A stretch of 64,000 nt of DNA from sequence record NC_031927.1, one strand, 5' to 3'. The translations under genes and the position numbers were made by a program. Positions 32,639 to 44,000 of the stretch are shown here, in pieces (the stretch's first letter is position 1; each line of letters starts with the position of its first letter). A model generated the notes under the pieces. The model worked only from the letters and a program-made list of their open reading frames with translations. It had not been told where the DNA came from and ran no database searches.

Positions 32639-34099
32639 ATGGACCTCAATTCTTATATTCAGCTCAAAGAGGCATATTCTCAGGTAGGTAAGCCACAACA
32701 ACTAACCGAGAATGTTGACTCTATCTGGGAAGAAGTTGAAGCATTTGCTCACGCCCTAGTAGAAGAGGAGGGGCTTGACCTAAGTGATATGACTTGGGAT
32801 GAGGTCCGTGATGCATATTTACAAGAGCAGGGTAGTGGTCAAAGAGGCAGCGCAAGAAGAAATGCTGCGGCACGCGCAAACAGAGATCCAGAAGCTGGTA
32901 GGACGAGAAGCCAGCAGCAGATGGACGCCAAGATTGATAAAGAATTTGGTAGTAAGAATCCAAAAACAGGTCTAGCCAACTTAGGATCAAATTACGCTGC
33001 TCAAGAGAAAGCCGCAGCAAAAGCAGCAGAAGCATCTAGAGGATCAGGTGGATCAAGTCTTTCTTCTGCTGTTGCTGAAAAACAGGCTAAAGCTAAAGCT
33101 AAACTAGAAGCACAAAGGAATAGTGGCGGAACTGGTGCTACTAGTAATAGTAAGACAACAGCCAAGACAACAACCAAGCCAGAAACCAAGACAACAACTC
33201 AGACAACAACCAAGACATCTACTCCAGCAGCTAAGACCCAGCCTGCTGCTCCTGCTAAAGATCGTATGGCTGGTGCTTCCAAGGCTGACCGTATGGGTGC
33301 TTGGGCGAAAGCTAATCCAAAACTAGCTGCTGCTCAAAAGCAAAGAGCTGCTACAAGAGGAACTAGTGCGACAACTAACCCAATGATGAAGGACTTGGCT
33401 AAGCGTATGCCCAAGCCTGCTGCTCCTAATAAGCCTTCTGGTGGTGGATTGTCTGCAGTAAAACCACAGAGTTTCAATACTTCTGTTGCCGCAGGAAGCG
33501 CAATGAAGTCAGCTGCCTCTAAGCCAACACCAAAACCAGCTGCTCCTAGTTTCGGTGCTGGTATTAAGGCTGGGTCTATGCTTAAGAAAGAAGAGTTTAG
33601 TGATTTTGATATCATCCTAACCCACCTAATTGAGCAAGGTTTTGGTGATGACGAAGCTCTCACTCTTATGGTCAATATGACCGAAGAGAAGCGTGAAGAG
33701 ATCCTAGAGAACCGTCGTGCTGCTCGCGCTGCTGGTGGCTACAAAGATGACTCTAAGAAGCAAACTGATCCATCCAAGGATGGTTTCACTGGTATCTCTG
33801 GTTCTATCAAAGATATTATGAGGCAAAGTGCTGCTATGGATAAGAAGAAGAAGCAGAAAACCCAAAAGGAAGAAACTGATTCTCTCTACCAGGCATATCT
33901 CTCTATGATGAGTGAGGAAGAGTCTGATAAGCGTAATGACAAGCACCTAGAAAGCGGCGGACACGCAGCTAAGACCGACTACAGCAAGCCTCCTGCTACT
34001 GGTAACGACTTCGGTAAGAAGAAGCCTTTGAGTGATGAGGAGCGCAGTGCTGCTATGGCTAAGATTGTAGCTAAACTTAAAAAGCAAGGTGGTAAGTAG
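32639..34099 (+). CDS. Low-complexity late protein, candidate internal head/core protein
   Basis: TATAAATA at 32606; Ala/Lys/Thr/Pro-rich segments punctuated by ..EE/..E motifs. Confidence 0.75.
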   Translation: MDLNSYIQLKEAYSQVGKPQQLTENVDSIWEEVEAFAHALVEEEGLDLSDMTWDEVRDAYLQEQGSGQRGSARRNAAARANRDPEAGRTRSQQQMDAKIDKEFGSKNPKTGLANLGSNYAAQEKAAAKAAEASRGSGGSSLSSAVAEKQAKAKAKLEAQRNSGGTGATSNSKTTAKTTTKPETKTTTQTTTKTSTPAAKTQPAAPAKDRMAGASKADRMGAWAKANPKLAAAQKQRAATRGTSATTNPMMKDLAKRMPKPAAPNKPSGGGLSAVKPQSFNTSVAAGSAMKSAASKPTPKPAAPSFGAGIKAGSMLKKEEFSDFDIILTHLIEQGFGDDEALTLMVNMTEEKREEILENRRAARAAGGYKDDSKKQTDPSKDGFTGISGSIKDIMRQSAAMDKKKKQKTQKEETDSLYQAYLSMMSEEESDKRNDKHLESGGHAAKTDYSKPPATGNDFGKKKPLSDEERSAAMAKIVAKLKKQGGK

Positions 34100-34130
34100 G
34101 ACTAAATAAACTGTCCAACTGGAGTGTCTT

Positions 34131-34289
34131 ATGACCGTTCCACGCAATTACTTAATGAGATATTGTGTGATAGGTTACAAAGACGATAAAAAACGCGAAG
34201 AGTTCTTTAATTCAGGTAGAGATGCCTGGATTATGGAGAGCTACTTAAAGCGAAATGGTTACCGTGGTGTTAGAATCTCGGTCAAATAA
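34131..34289 (+). CDS. Small hypothetical protein (52 aa)
   Basis: GGAG RBS, ATG..TAA, followed by a terminator. Confidence 0.55.
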   Translation: MTVPRNYLMRYCVIGYKDDKKREEFFNSGRDAWIMESYLKRNGYRGVRISVK

Positions 34290-34294
34290 ATAGA

Positions 34295-34319
34295 GCCTCC
34301 CTATATGGGAGGTTTTTTT
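34295..34319 (+). terminator. Rho-independent terminator
   Basis: GCCTCCC-TATAT-GGGAGGT plus T-tract. Confidence 0.75.
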
Positions 34320-34375
34320 ATGTGTTATAATGAACATAAGGGTATCCCTAAATAAAATATACGCAAGTATAACTT

Positions 34376-34777
34376 ATGAATACTTATGGTTCTCCAGAAG
34401 GTTACCTATATAACCTTCATACCTGCTCCCCATCGGAAGCAAAGAGGATGTGGAAGAAAGCTATTAAAGAACAATGGGGTAATAAATGCGCTTACTGTGG
34501 CTCAGATACAAACCTAACATTAGATCATATAGTTCCACGTTCAAAAGGAGGTAGTAACCATACAACAAATGTATTATGTGCATGTGAATCATGCAACGCA
34601 GACAAAGCATATACTGAATGGATCATCTGGTATATCGAACAACCATTCTTCACAGAAGAGCGCCGTGAGGCAATCGAAAAATGGATGTTCCCTACAGAGG
34701 AAGTAAATCCAAATCTATTTGTGCAGGAGCAACCAAAGAGATACTCTTATGGTACCCGCAGAACTAGAGCTTACTGA
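34376..34777 (+). CDS. HNH endonuclease
   Basis: CAYCG...TLDHIVPRSKGGSNHTTNVLCACESCNADK. Confidence 0.92.
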   Translation: MNTYGSPEGYLYNLHTCSPSEAKRMWKKAIKEQWGNKCAYCGSDTNLTLDHIVPRSKGGSNHTTNVLCACESCNADKAYTEWIIWYIEQPFFTEERREAIEKWMFPTEEVNPNLFVQEQPKRYSYGTRRTRAY

Positions 34778-35005
34778 CTCTTATCCTTTACACACTTTTA
34801 TATGGACTCCCACCCGAGTAGCTTAGAAAACGAGATAGACGAATTAAAACAGGGCTTTATGGGCTCTATTCTAGGAGCAATTATATACATACTTCCCTTT
34901 ATCATACTTCTTTAAAAAAGTCAAGTCAAATTAGGTGTATAAATAATCGTAAGGAGATTATATGAATGTGATTTTCTTCTTACATTAGCCTGATCTGACG
35001 TAGCA

Positions 35006-38000
35006 ATGATTTCATCAGAAACCAAGATTTTACTTAAGCGTTCTGGCGTTCCAGGACGTATTCCATCCTTAGCGGACCTAAAACTAGGCGAGTTGGGTAT
35101 CAACTATTATGACGGTAAGGTATACCTCCGTCAAGAAAATGATGTAGTTGGTTCCCGTATCATCGAGCCTGGTCAGGGTGACGATATTGGTAGGACTATT
35201 TTCGTAACCGTAAATGGTAACGACAACAACTCCGGTCTTAACGAGAGAGACTCCGTAAGAACCATCAAAAAAGCCGCTGAGTTAGCTCAGTTTGGCGATG
35301 GTATCAAGGTGTATCCTGGTCAGTATATCGAAGACAACCCCATTACATTCCGCGATTTGGTTGCGGTTGAGGGTATGGATCTTCGTAACGTCCTAGTTAC
35401 TCCTGCTAATCCAGAGAAAGATTTATATTTAGTTGGTGACGGTTTCCACGCAACTAACCATTCATTCGTATCAAACCAAGATTCTCGCGATGCTGCCGCG
35501 ATCATCTCATTCCGCCCTCTAGAAGGAACCGCATCTGATCGCTACTTTGATGCTGCCCGTCTAATCAGGGACAACCTAAACTTCATTTCAGGCGAAGCTG
35601 TAGGTTTCTTGACTAGTGGCTATTCAGGCTTTGCTGCTGGTCAAAGATCTCAAGATGCTGCTCGTGCTATTGAACTCAACACAAACTTTATTAGTGAAGA
35701 GTCCTTCCAGTATATCAACAGCCCAGATTATAGGGGTCCAGCATACACTAATCCAGATATCAACCAGTGTCGTAGTGACCTAAAGGATATTCTAGCTGGA
35801 TGGAGATATGACTTAATCTCTGATGGTAACTCCGAGTCAACTGGTGTAGGTCTAACCTACTACGCACCAGTCAAGTTCACCAAGACTACAAATATTACTG
35901 ACCTAGTTTATGATAACACAACTGGTTTGTTGGTTATTGAGACTGAACTAAGTACTCAATCACTACCTGGTGATGAGATTAAGCTAAGAGATATTCAACT
36001 AGATTGCCCTCCTTATGGTAATTCATTCCTAATTGCTGGATTTGATTATGATAATGTAAGTGGTGTTGGTACAGTAACTCTACCTTTCATCCACGATATT
36101 CAAGCTGGTGATACAATCAAGCTAGATGATCTCAAGTTTGACTGCCCTCCATATGGCGCTCAAGCATATTCAGTATCTGACTTTGTTTATGATGAGACTA
36201 CTGGCGGAAGCACAGTAACTCTATCAAGTAACCATAACCTTAAAGTTGGTGATGCAATTGAACTCCGCGATATGCAGTTTGATTGCCCAGCTTATGGTGG
36301 TACTTTCTCCAACGTTGTAAACATTGAGTATAACAATGTAAGTGGAGAAGCAATCCTAACTTATGCGGATGCTGCTGACCTAGACGCTGGTGATGTTGTT
36401 CTTCTATATGATATCAAGCTATCCTGCCCAGCATACGGCAATGCTATTTCAATCACTGGCTTCGATTACGACAACTTTACTGGTATAACACAAGCTTCTT
36501 TCGCATCACCTCACGGTCTACGGGTTGGTGATCTTGTTAAGTTTGAGAACCTTAAGTTTAGCTGTGAGAGCTACTTGAGCGACACTTATAATATCGTTGG
36601 ATTTGAGTACAACAATCTAACTGGTGAAGCTCTAGCATCATTCTCTTCTGATCACAACCTAGCTGGTGGAAGTAATGTTGTACTAGACAATCTAACCTTT
36701 GCTTGTAATAGCTACTTCCCAGAAGGAATCAATGTTACTGGATTTAACTACACCAATACAACTGGCGTAAGTACAATCAGCCTAGATCACGCACATAACT
36801 TACAGATTGGTGATCGTTTCCAACTAGAAGACCTAGTATTTGCTTGTAACAGCTACTCATTCACTGATATTGATGTTACCGCAGCAACTTACGATAACGT
36901 TACTGGCTTTGTAAACATCACTCTAGCTGCTCCTCACGGCAGTTCTGTTGGTGAGTTCGTCAAGCTAGACGGTATTGAGTACTCTTGCCCTGGTGGTTCT
37001 GGTATCACAACTACAATCTTCCCTGATGGAACGATTGGTGATCAGTTTGAGATCCTTTCAGTACCTTCACCTAGTGCTTTGATTGTAAATGTAGGTCCTT
37101 CTGCAATCCCACACAGCTATGTTGGTGGAGGAACTGCTACGGTTGGTATTACTACAACAGTATTCCCTGATGGAACTCAAGGTAATGAGTTTGTTGTAAC
37201 CGACCTAGTTGACTCCCTAACATTGGTAACAAACGTTGGTGTATCTACTATCGCTCACACATATGCTGGTAGTGGTAAGATCTTTGTTGGCTTCACAACA
37301 ACAGTATTCCCCGATGGAACACAAGGTAATGTATTCCCAGTTCTAGGAGTACCTGCTGCTAATCAAATAGCACTAAATGTTGGTACTAGCACCATCGAAC
37401 ATACTTATGTTGGTGGTGGTACAGCTTCTAATGAAGACACATTCCTAAATGTATCTGGCTTCACCTATAACGATGCCGATGGAACTGGATTAGTAACATT
37501 GGGTTCCAACCACAACCTAGTTGTTGGTGATAGTTTCATCCTAGAAGACCTCAAGTTTACTTGTGATAGTTACAGAAATACCGCAAGCACATTTGATATC
37601 AGTGACTTCCAGTATGATAATGTAACTGGTCTATCCACCGTTGTTATCACATCATCTCACGATCTACGGGTCAATGATACGATTGCTCTTTATGATATTG
37701 AGTTCTCTTGCCCCAATGGTTCTGGTATCACAACTACAATCTTCCCCGATGGAAGCGTAGATAACTTCTATGATGTTGTTGCGGTTATTGACCCCAACAC
37801 AATCATCACAAGAATTGGTACCTCCACAATCCCACACTCATATGTTCAGGGTGGTTTGCTTCAGGTTGGTATCACTACTAACATCTTCCCAGATGGAACA
37901 CGTCCAAGTGATAACTTCTTTGATGTTGTTTCAGTTCCAGCACCTAATCAGATCCTAACTAACGTTGGTTTGAGTTCTATTGCTCACACCTATGCTTCTG

Positions 38001-41000
38001 GCGGTAAGTTCTACACAGGTATCACAACTAATATCTTCCCCCAGACATTTGAAGATCCTAATGTAAAAGTTGTTAATGCCGTATATGATAATGTAACTGG
38101 TGCCGTAACAGTCACCTGTGATAAGCCCCACGGTCTATTAGCTACTAATACAGTACTTCTCCAAGGGCTAGAGTTCTCCTGTGCTTCAGGCGGTCCTGGT
38201 GGTGCTCCTGGTGTATTGCTATTCCCACGTAACCAAGAAACTTATGAGGTTGTATCTGTAGCTACTCCTACAACTTACACCATCAATGTTGGTCCAAACA
38301 GCATCCCACATACCTATGTTAGTGGTGGTATTTCTACTCCACAAAACATCATTGATGCGGTATACAACAGAGCCAACGGAGAACTAACAGTTACTCTAAA
38401 CAGACAGCACGGATATGTAGCAGGAGACACTGCTAGTGTTGTTGATTTAGTATTCTCCTGCCTATCTGGTGGAGAAGGTAATGCTCCAGGTGAACTAATC
38501 TTCCCTCGTCCTACTGATGAGTTTGTACTACTATCAATCTCTGGTAGTGAGTTTACTGTAAATGTAGGTGAGTCAAGTGGACTACCCCACACCTATGTAA
38601 ATGGTGGTTCTGTAAGCTATGCTGGAACAACCGCACAAGTAACAAGTGCATTATACAATGAAGAGACTGGTGTTCTAACAGTTACAACTAGTGCTCCATT
38701 GGGTGCTGCTGTTGATAACGTAGTCACAATGCAGGGTCTAAACTTTGCTTGTAACTCCGGTGGTCCTGGTAATGACCCAGGCACAATCATCTTCCCACGC
38801 CTAGATGTTCCTGTATTCAAAGTATCTAAAGTTATCAGTGGCGTAACTTATGTAATCAACGTCGGTACTTCCACTCTAGCACATACTTATGTGTCTGGTG
38901 GATTCTCAAGCCTAAAGAAAAAGGTTAATGATAACAACCTATTCAGAGTATTGGGCGTACCTACTCCCAACACAGTAGTAACTAATGTTGGTGTAAGCTC
39001 CATCCCACACACATATGTAAGTGGTGGTAATGGTTTCGTAGGAATTACAACTAACATCTTCCCTGACGGTACACGCCCTAACGGTAGCCGCTTTGAAGTG
39101 TTGAGTGTCCTATCACCTAACAAGGCAGTCATCAACGTAGGTGTCTCTACAATCCCACACTTCTATGAGAGTGGTGGTCAGGTTCAGTATGGTGAGACAA
39201 ATGAGCGTCCTATCCTAGCATTTGATTACAATAATCTAACTGGTGGAGCCAGAGTCACGGTTCGTGGTCCTCACGGTCTATCAGCTGGCGATAGCGTCAA
39301 GTTTGATGGTATGGAGTTTGAGTGTGTTAATAGCCCAGGCATTACAACTACAATCTTCCCTGACGGAACAGCAGCAAGTCTTAACCTCTTCCCTGTAACT
39401 GGTGTAGTAAACAACACCGTATTTGATTGTAATGTTGGACGGGTTCCTTTCACTCACACATATATTCAGGGTGGTTCTGCTTTCGTAGGAATTACAACTA
39501 ACATCTTCCCTGACGGCACACAAGGTTATAACTACACTGTTACTGGTGTTCCTTCATCCAATAAGGTCAACGTAAACGTCGGTGTTTCAAGCATCCAACA
39601 CAACTATGTTCGTGGTGGAGCACTATTTGCTGGCGAAACTAACGAGCGTGATATTGTTAACTTCAGCTATGATAATGAGTCTGGTCTAGCTATTCTAACT
39701 CTACGTCAGCCTGAAGATTTATACACAGGCAACCTTGTTAAGTTGAAGGGGCTTGAGTTTGATTGCCCCGATAGTACTGCTATCACTACAAATATCTTCC
39801 CTGATGGTTCACAAGGCTTCCTATTCCCAGTCACCGAGAGACTAAATCCAACACAATTCCAGTTGAATATTGGTCGCTCAACAATCCAGCACAACTATGT
39901 ACGGGGAACTGGCGCAGCATTCGTTGGTATCACTACTGATATCTTCCCTGACCTATCAACACAACCAACAAAACTATTCAATGTTGTTTCTATCCCTTCA
40001 CCCAACACCGTTGCGGTTCAGGTAGGAACTTCCACAATCCCACACAACTATGAGAGTGGTGGAACATTATCCGTTGGTATTAACACAGACATCTTCCCAG
40101 GTAGCAGTGTTGTGTCTCCTCTTGGCGATACATTTGTTATTGATGCCGTCACTTCTTCTGGTGAAATAGTAATTAATGTAGGAACTTCTTCTATCACTCA
40201 CAACTATGAGCGTGGTGGTCAGGTTCTATACGGACAGAGTTCTGGTGGAGAGCTACAGCACATCACTGGTCCTGGTGTTATGGATGCGACTATCGCAGCT
40301 ATTGACTTTGAGCGGCAGATGTCCAAGTATGTTTTGAATAACCGCCCTTGGGGTTCATTCATTGCTGCTGAAACTGGAATCGTTAATGGTATTGATTATG
40401 ATAATGTAACTGGCTTCGCTACAGTAACCGTACCTGGAATCAACGCTCAGCGTGGCGATATGGTAAGGATGAGTGATATTCAGTTCGTATGCTCTGATGA
40501 GTACGCTGGACTAACTACTACATTCTTCCCAGACAACACACGCCCAGAGGGTCAGTACTTTGAAGTTGAATCTCGTATTGATGAGAACTCATTTGAGACT
40601 TTCATTGGTATTTCTTCCATCAAGCATAATCACTTGAGAGGTGGTAATGTATACCGCTACAGACAAGGTATTGAGAATGTAATCTATGATAGAGCATCTG
40701 GTCTAGCTAGTGTAACCTCAATGGCTCACGGTTATAAGGTTGATGATATCATCGAAATGGGTGATATTAGATTTACCTGCCCAGTATTCACACCTGACTA
40801 CGACATTGAGAACTTCACATACGATAACACAACAGGTTTATCACAAGTAACTACAACAGTTGATAACGATATTCAAATTGGTGATTTGGTTCGCCTAGAT
40901 GATATCCAACTTGACTGTCCTGCTTATGGTAACGAGAGAGTTATTACGGACTTTGAGTACAACAATCTAAACGGTTACTCTGAAATTACAGTAGCATCTC

Positions 41001-44000
41001 CTCACGGTCTACAACTAAACCCAAGAACACCAGTAGCAATCACCACCGCAGTTTATGATAATGTAAGTGGTATTGTTACAGTAACTACTGCTGCTCCACT
41101 CAACATTGATTTGAGTATCAATAACGGAGTTCAGCTAACGGGTCTTGGATTCACCTGTTCTAACTCAACCACAACTACTAATGTTGTTGGTGCTGTATAC
41201 GATAACACAACTGGTGTTGTAAGAATCACAACCAACGCAGCTAACAACGCTGCTGTAAGTTCCAAGGTTAAGTTACAGAATCTAATCTTCTCTTGCGAGA
41301 GTGGTGGAGTTCCTTCCGATCAGGCATTCCCAAGTGGTGTTGATGGCTTTGACTTCCTAGTCAGTGAAGTAATCAGCGCAACCGAGTTCAATGCTATCGT
41401 TGGAGTCAGCACACTAACTCACACATATGTAACTGGCGGAACCGCACAAGTTGGTATCACTACTAACATCTTCCCTAGTGATGATACTCTTATCTACCCA
41501 ATAACAAATATTGAGAGTAGCACTAAGTTCTCACTACAAGTTGGTCCTTCTGCCTTTGCCCACACCTACACGGGTGGTGGTGATGCTACCAAGGTCAATC
41601 GTTATAGTGTGAAGCTAGCGGATATTAAGTTTGATTGCCCTGCTTATGGTAATGATATTGGTGTTACTAACTTTATTTACGATAACACATCAGGTAATTC
41701 ACTAGTAACCGTAGATTCCAATCACGGATTGAATGTTGGAGATAGCATTAAGCTAGCCAACCTCAAGTTCCAGTGCCCTCCTTATGGTAATCAGTTCAAT
41801 GTTATTGCTGCTGACTACGATAATGTAACTGGTATCATTACAGTAACAACTGACCGCGACCTAGATGGTATTTCTGTTGATGAAGTATTGAGACTAAGAG
41901 ATTTACAGTTTGATTGTAACTCTGGTACTCCATATGCTATTCAGCAGGTTACTTTCGATCCATTCAATGGTCGTATCGCAACTCTATCACTCGGTCAGAA
42001 CCCACAGGTCAATCCAGGTGACCTAATCAAACTAGAAGGTCTTCTATACAGAAATGCTGCTGGTGATGAAGTTCCATACCCAGACGGCAGAGACGCCAGC
42101 TACAATATTTTTGAAGCTCGTTCAGTAACTCAGGTCAATGCTAGTACTTGGGAAGTTACGGTTCAGTTCAATAATATTACAGATAGCTTGGTGATCTTTA
42201 TCCCTAATGGATCTAGCTACGGTACATTATTCACTGGCGTAACTGGTAACATCTTCCCCGAAAATGTTGGACCAGAAGGTGGCTTCTATAATGTATTGAG
42301 CCTACCATCACCTAATCAGTTCGCAATACAAGTCGGAACCTCAACAATTCCACACACATACATCCGCAATGGTGAAGCATTCTCTGGCGTAACAACCAAC
42401 TTCTTCCCAAGCACAGACCCACAGAACTCACCACTAGGTAATCTCTTTGAGGTTGTAGGAGTTCCTACGCCTAATCAGGTGAGAATCAATGTAGGCGTAT
42501 CAAGTATCAGCCACATCTATGATTCTGGTGGTCAGCTATTGGTTGGTATCACTACTAACATCTTCCCTGATGGAACACAAGGTAACTTGTTCCCTGTTGT
42601 AAGTATCGGTAGTTCCACTGAACTCCGCGTCAATGTAGGAACATCTTCTATCCCTCACAACTATATCAGTGGTGGATTGATGTTCGTTGGTATTACTACT
42701 AACATCTTCCCTGGTGACCCACAGAACTCACCACTAGGAAACATCTTTGAGGTTCTTGGTAAGGATGATGATTGTGGTAAGGATCGCTTTACTATCAACG
42801 TAGGTGTATCAACTATCCCTCACGCATATGTAGAAGGTGGTACGGTAACCACAGGCGTAACTACAAGCCGCTTCCCAGATGGAACCAACGGTTTTGAGTT
42901 CCCAGTTGAGAGTGTATTGGACGCAGACACATTCGTTGTTAATGTAGGTCCTTCATCAATCTCTCACACATATGTTGATGGTGGCTATTCTCGCCGCTTG
43001 GAGAGCCCAATCAATTCATTCCTATATGATAATGTAACTGGTTTCGCTGATGTTGGAATCACTAGCCACAGACTAAACGTCGGTGACCTAGTTAAGCTAC
43101 GCGATATCAAGTTTGATTGTGACCCATATGGTGGTGAGAAGTTCATCAACAATGTAGTATACAACAACCTAACTGGAAGACTAAACGTCAATACTATTGA
43201 GCCACACGGTCTATCTCTAAATGAGACCATCAAGCTCTCTGGTATTCAGATGGACTGCCCTGCTTATGGTAATCAGATTGCTATCACTGGCGCATCATAC
43301 AGTAATACTACTGGTGTTATTGATGTTACAGTCACCCAGGCACACAACCTATCTATTGGCGATAGCGTCAAGCTAGATGGTTTAGATTTCGTATGCCCTG
43401 GTGGTTCTGGTATCACAACTACAATCTTCCCTGACGGAACAGCAGCAAGCTACAACATCTATGAAGTTGTATCAGTACCTGCTGCGAATAGCCTAACAGT
43501 AAATGTAGGAACCTCAACGATTCCACACACATATACAGGCGGCGGAAACATCTTCGTTGGTATCACTACCAACATCTTCCCAGGCAGCGCACAGAACTCA
43601 CCACGCGGTAGCTTCTTCGAGGTTCTAGACACTCCATCAATTACAGAGTTCACTCTAAATGTTGGCGTATCTTCCATCGCTCACGGATATATTCGCGGCG
43701 GTTTCGTTCAGACTGGTGTAACAACAGACATCTTCCCTGACGGAACACAAGGTGATTACTTCCAGGTTGGTGAGATTATTGACGAAGATAACTTCACAAT
43801 CGATGCTGGTATCTCATCAATCACTCACAGATATAACTCTGGTGGTTATGGTGCTAAGTATGTTACTTATCAGGCAAGAACACCACAGGTTGTCGATACA
43901 TCAGTAATCCGCGTAAGCGGTGGCTGTAAGGCAGCTGAAGCTCGTGTAGATCAGTTGGCTGGGATTGTAACCTCTATCATACAGAACGGTCCTTCAGCGG

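Noticed and set aside
34802-34915. Short ORFs between the HNH gene and the giant fibre gene
   Set aside because: No clear RBS or recognisable motif; cannot be supported
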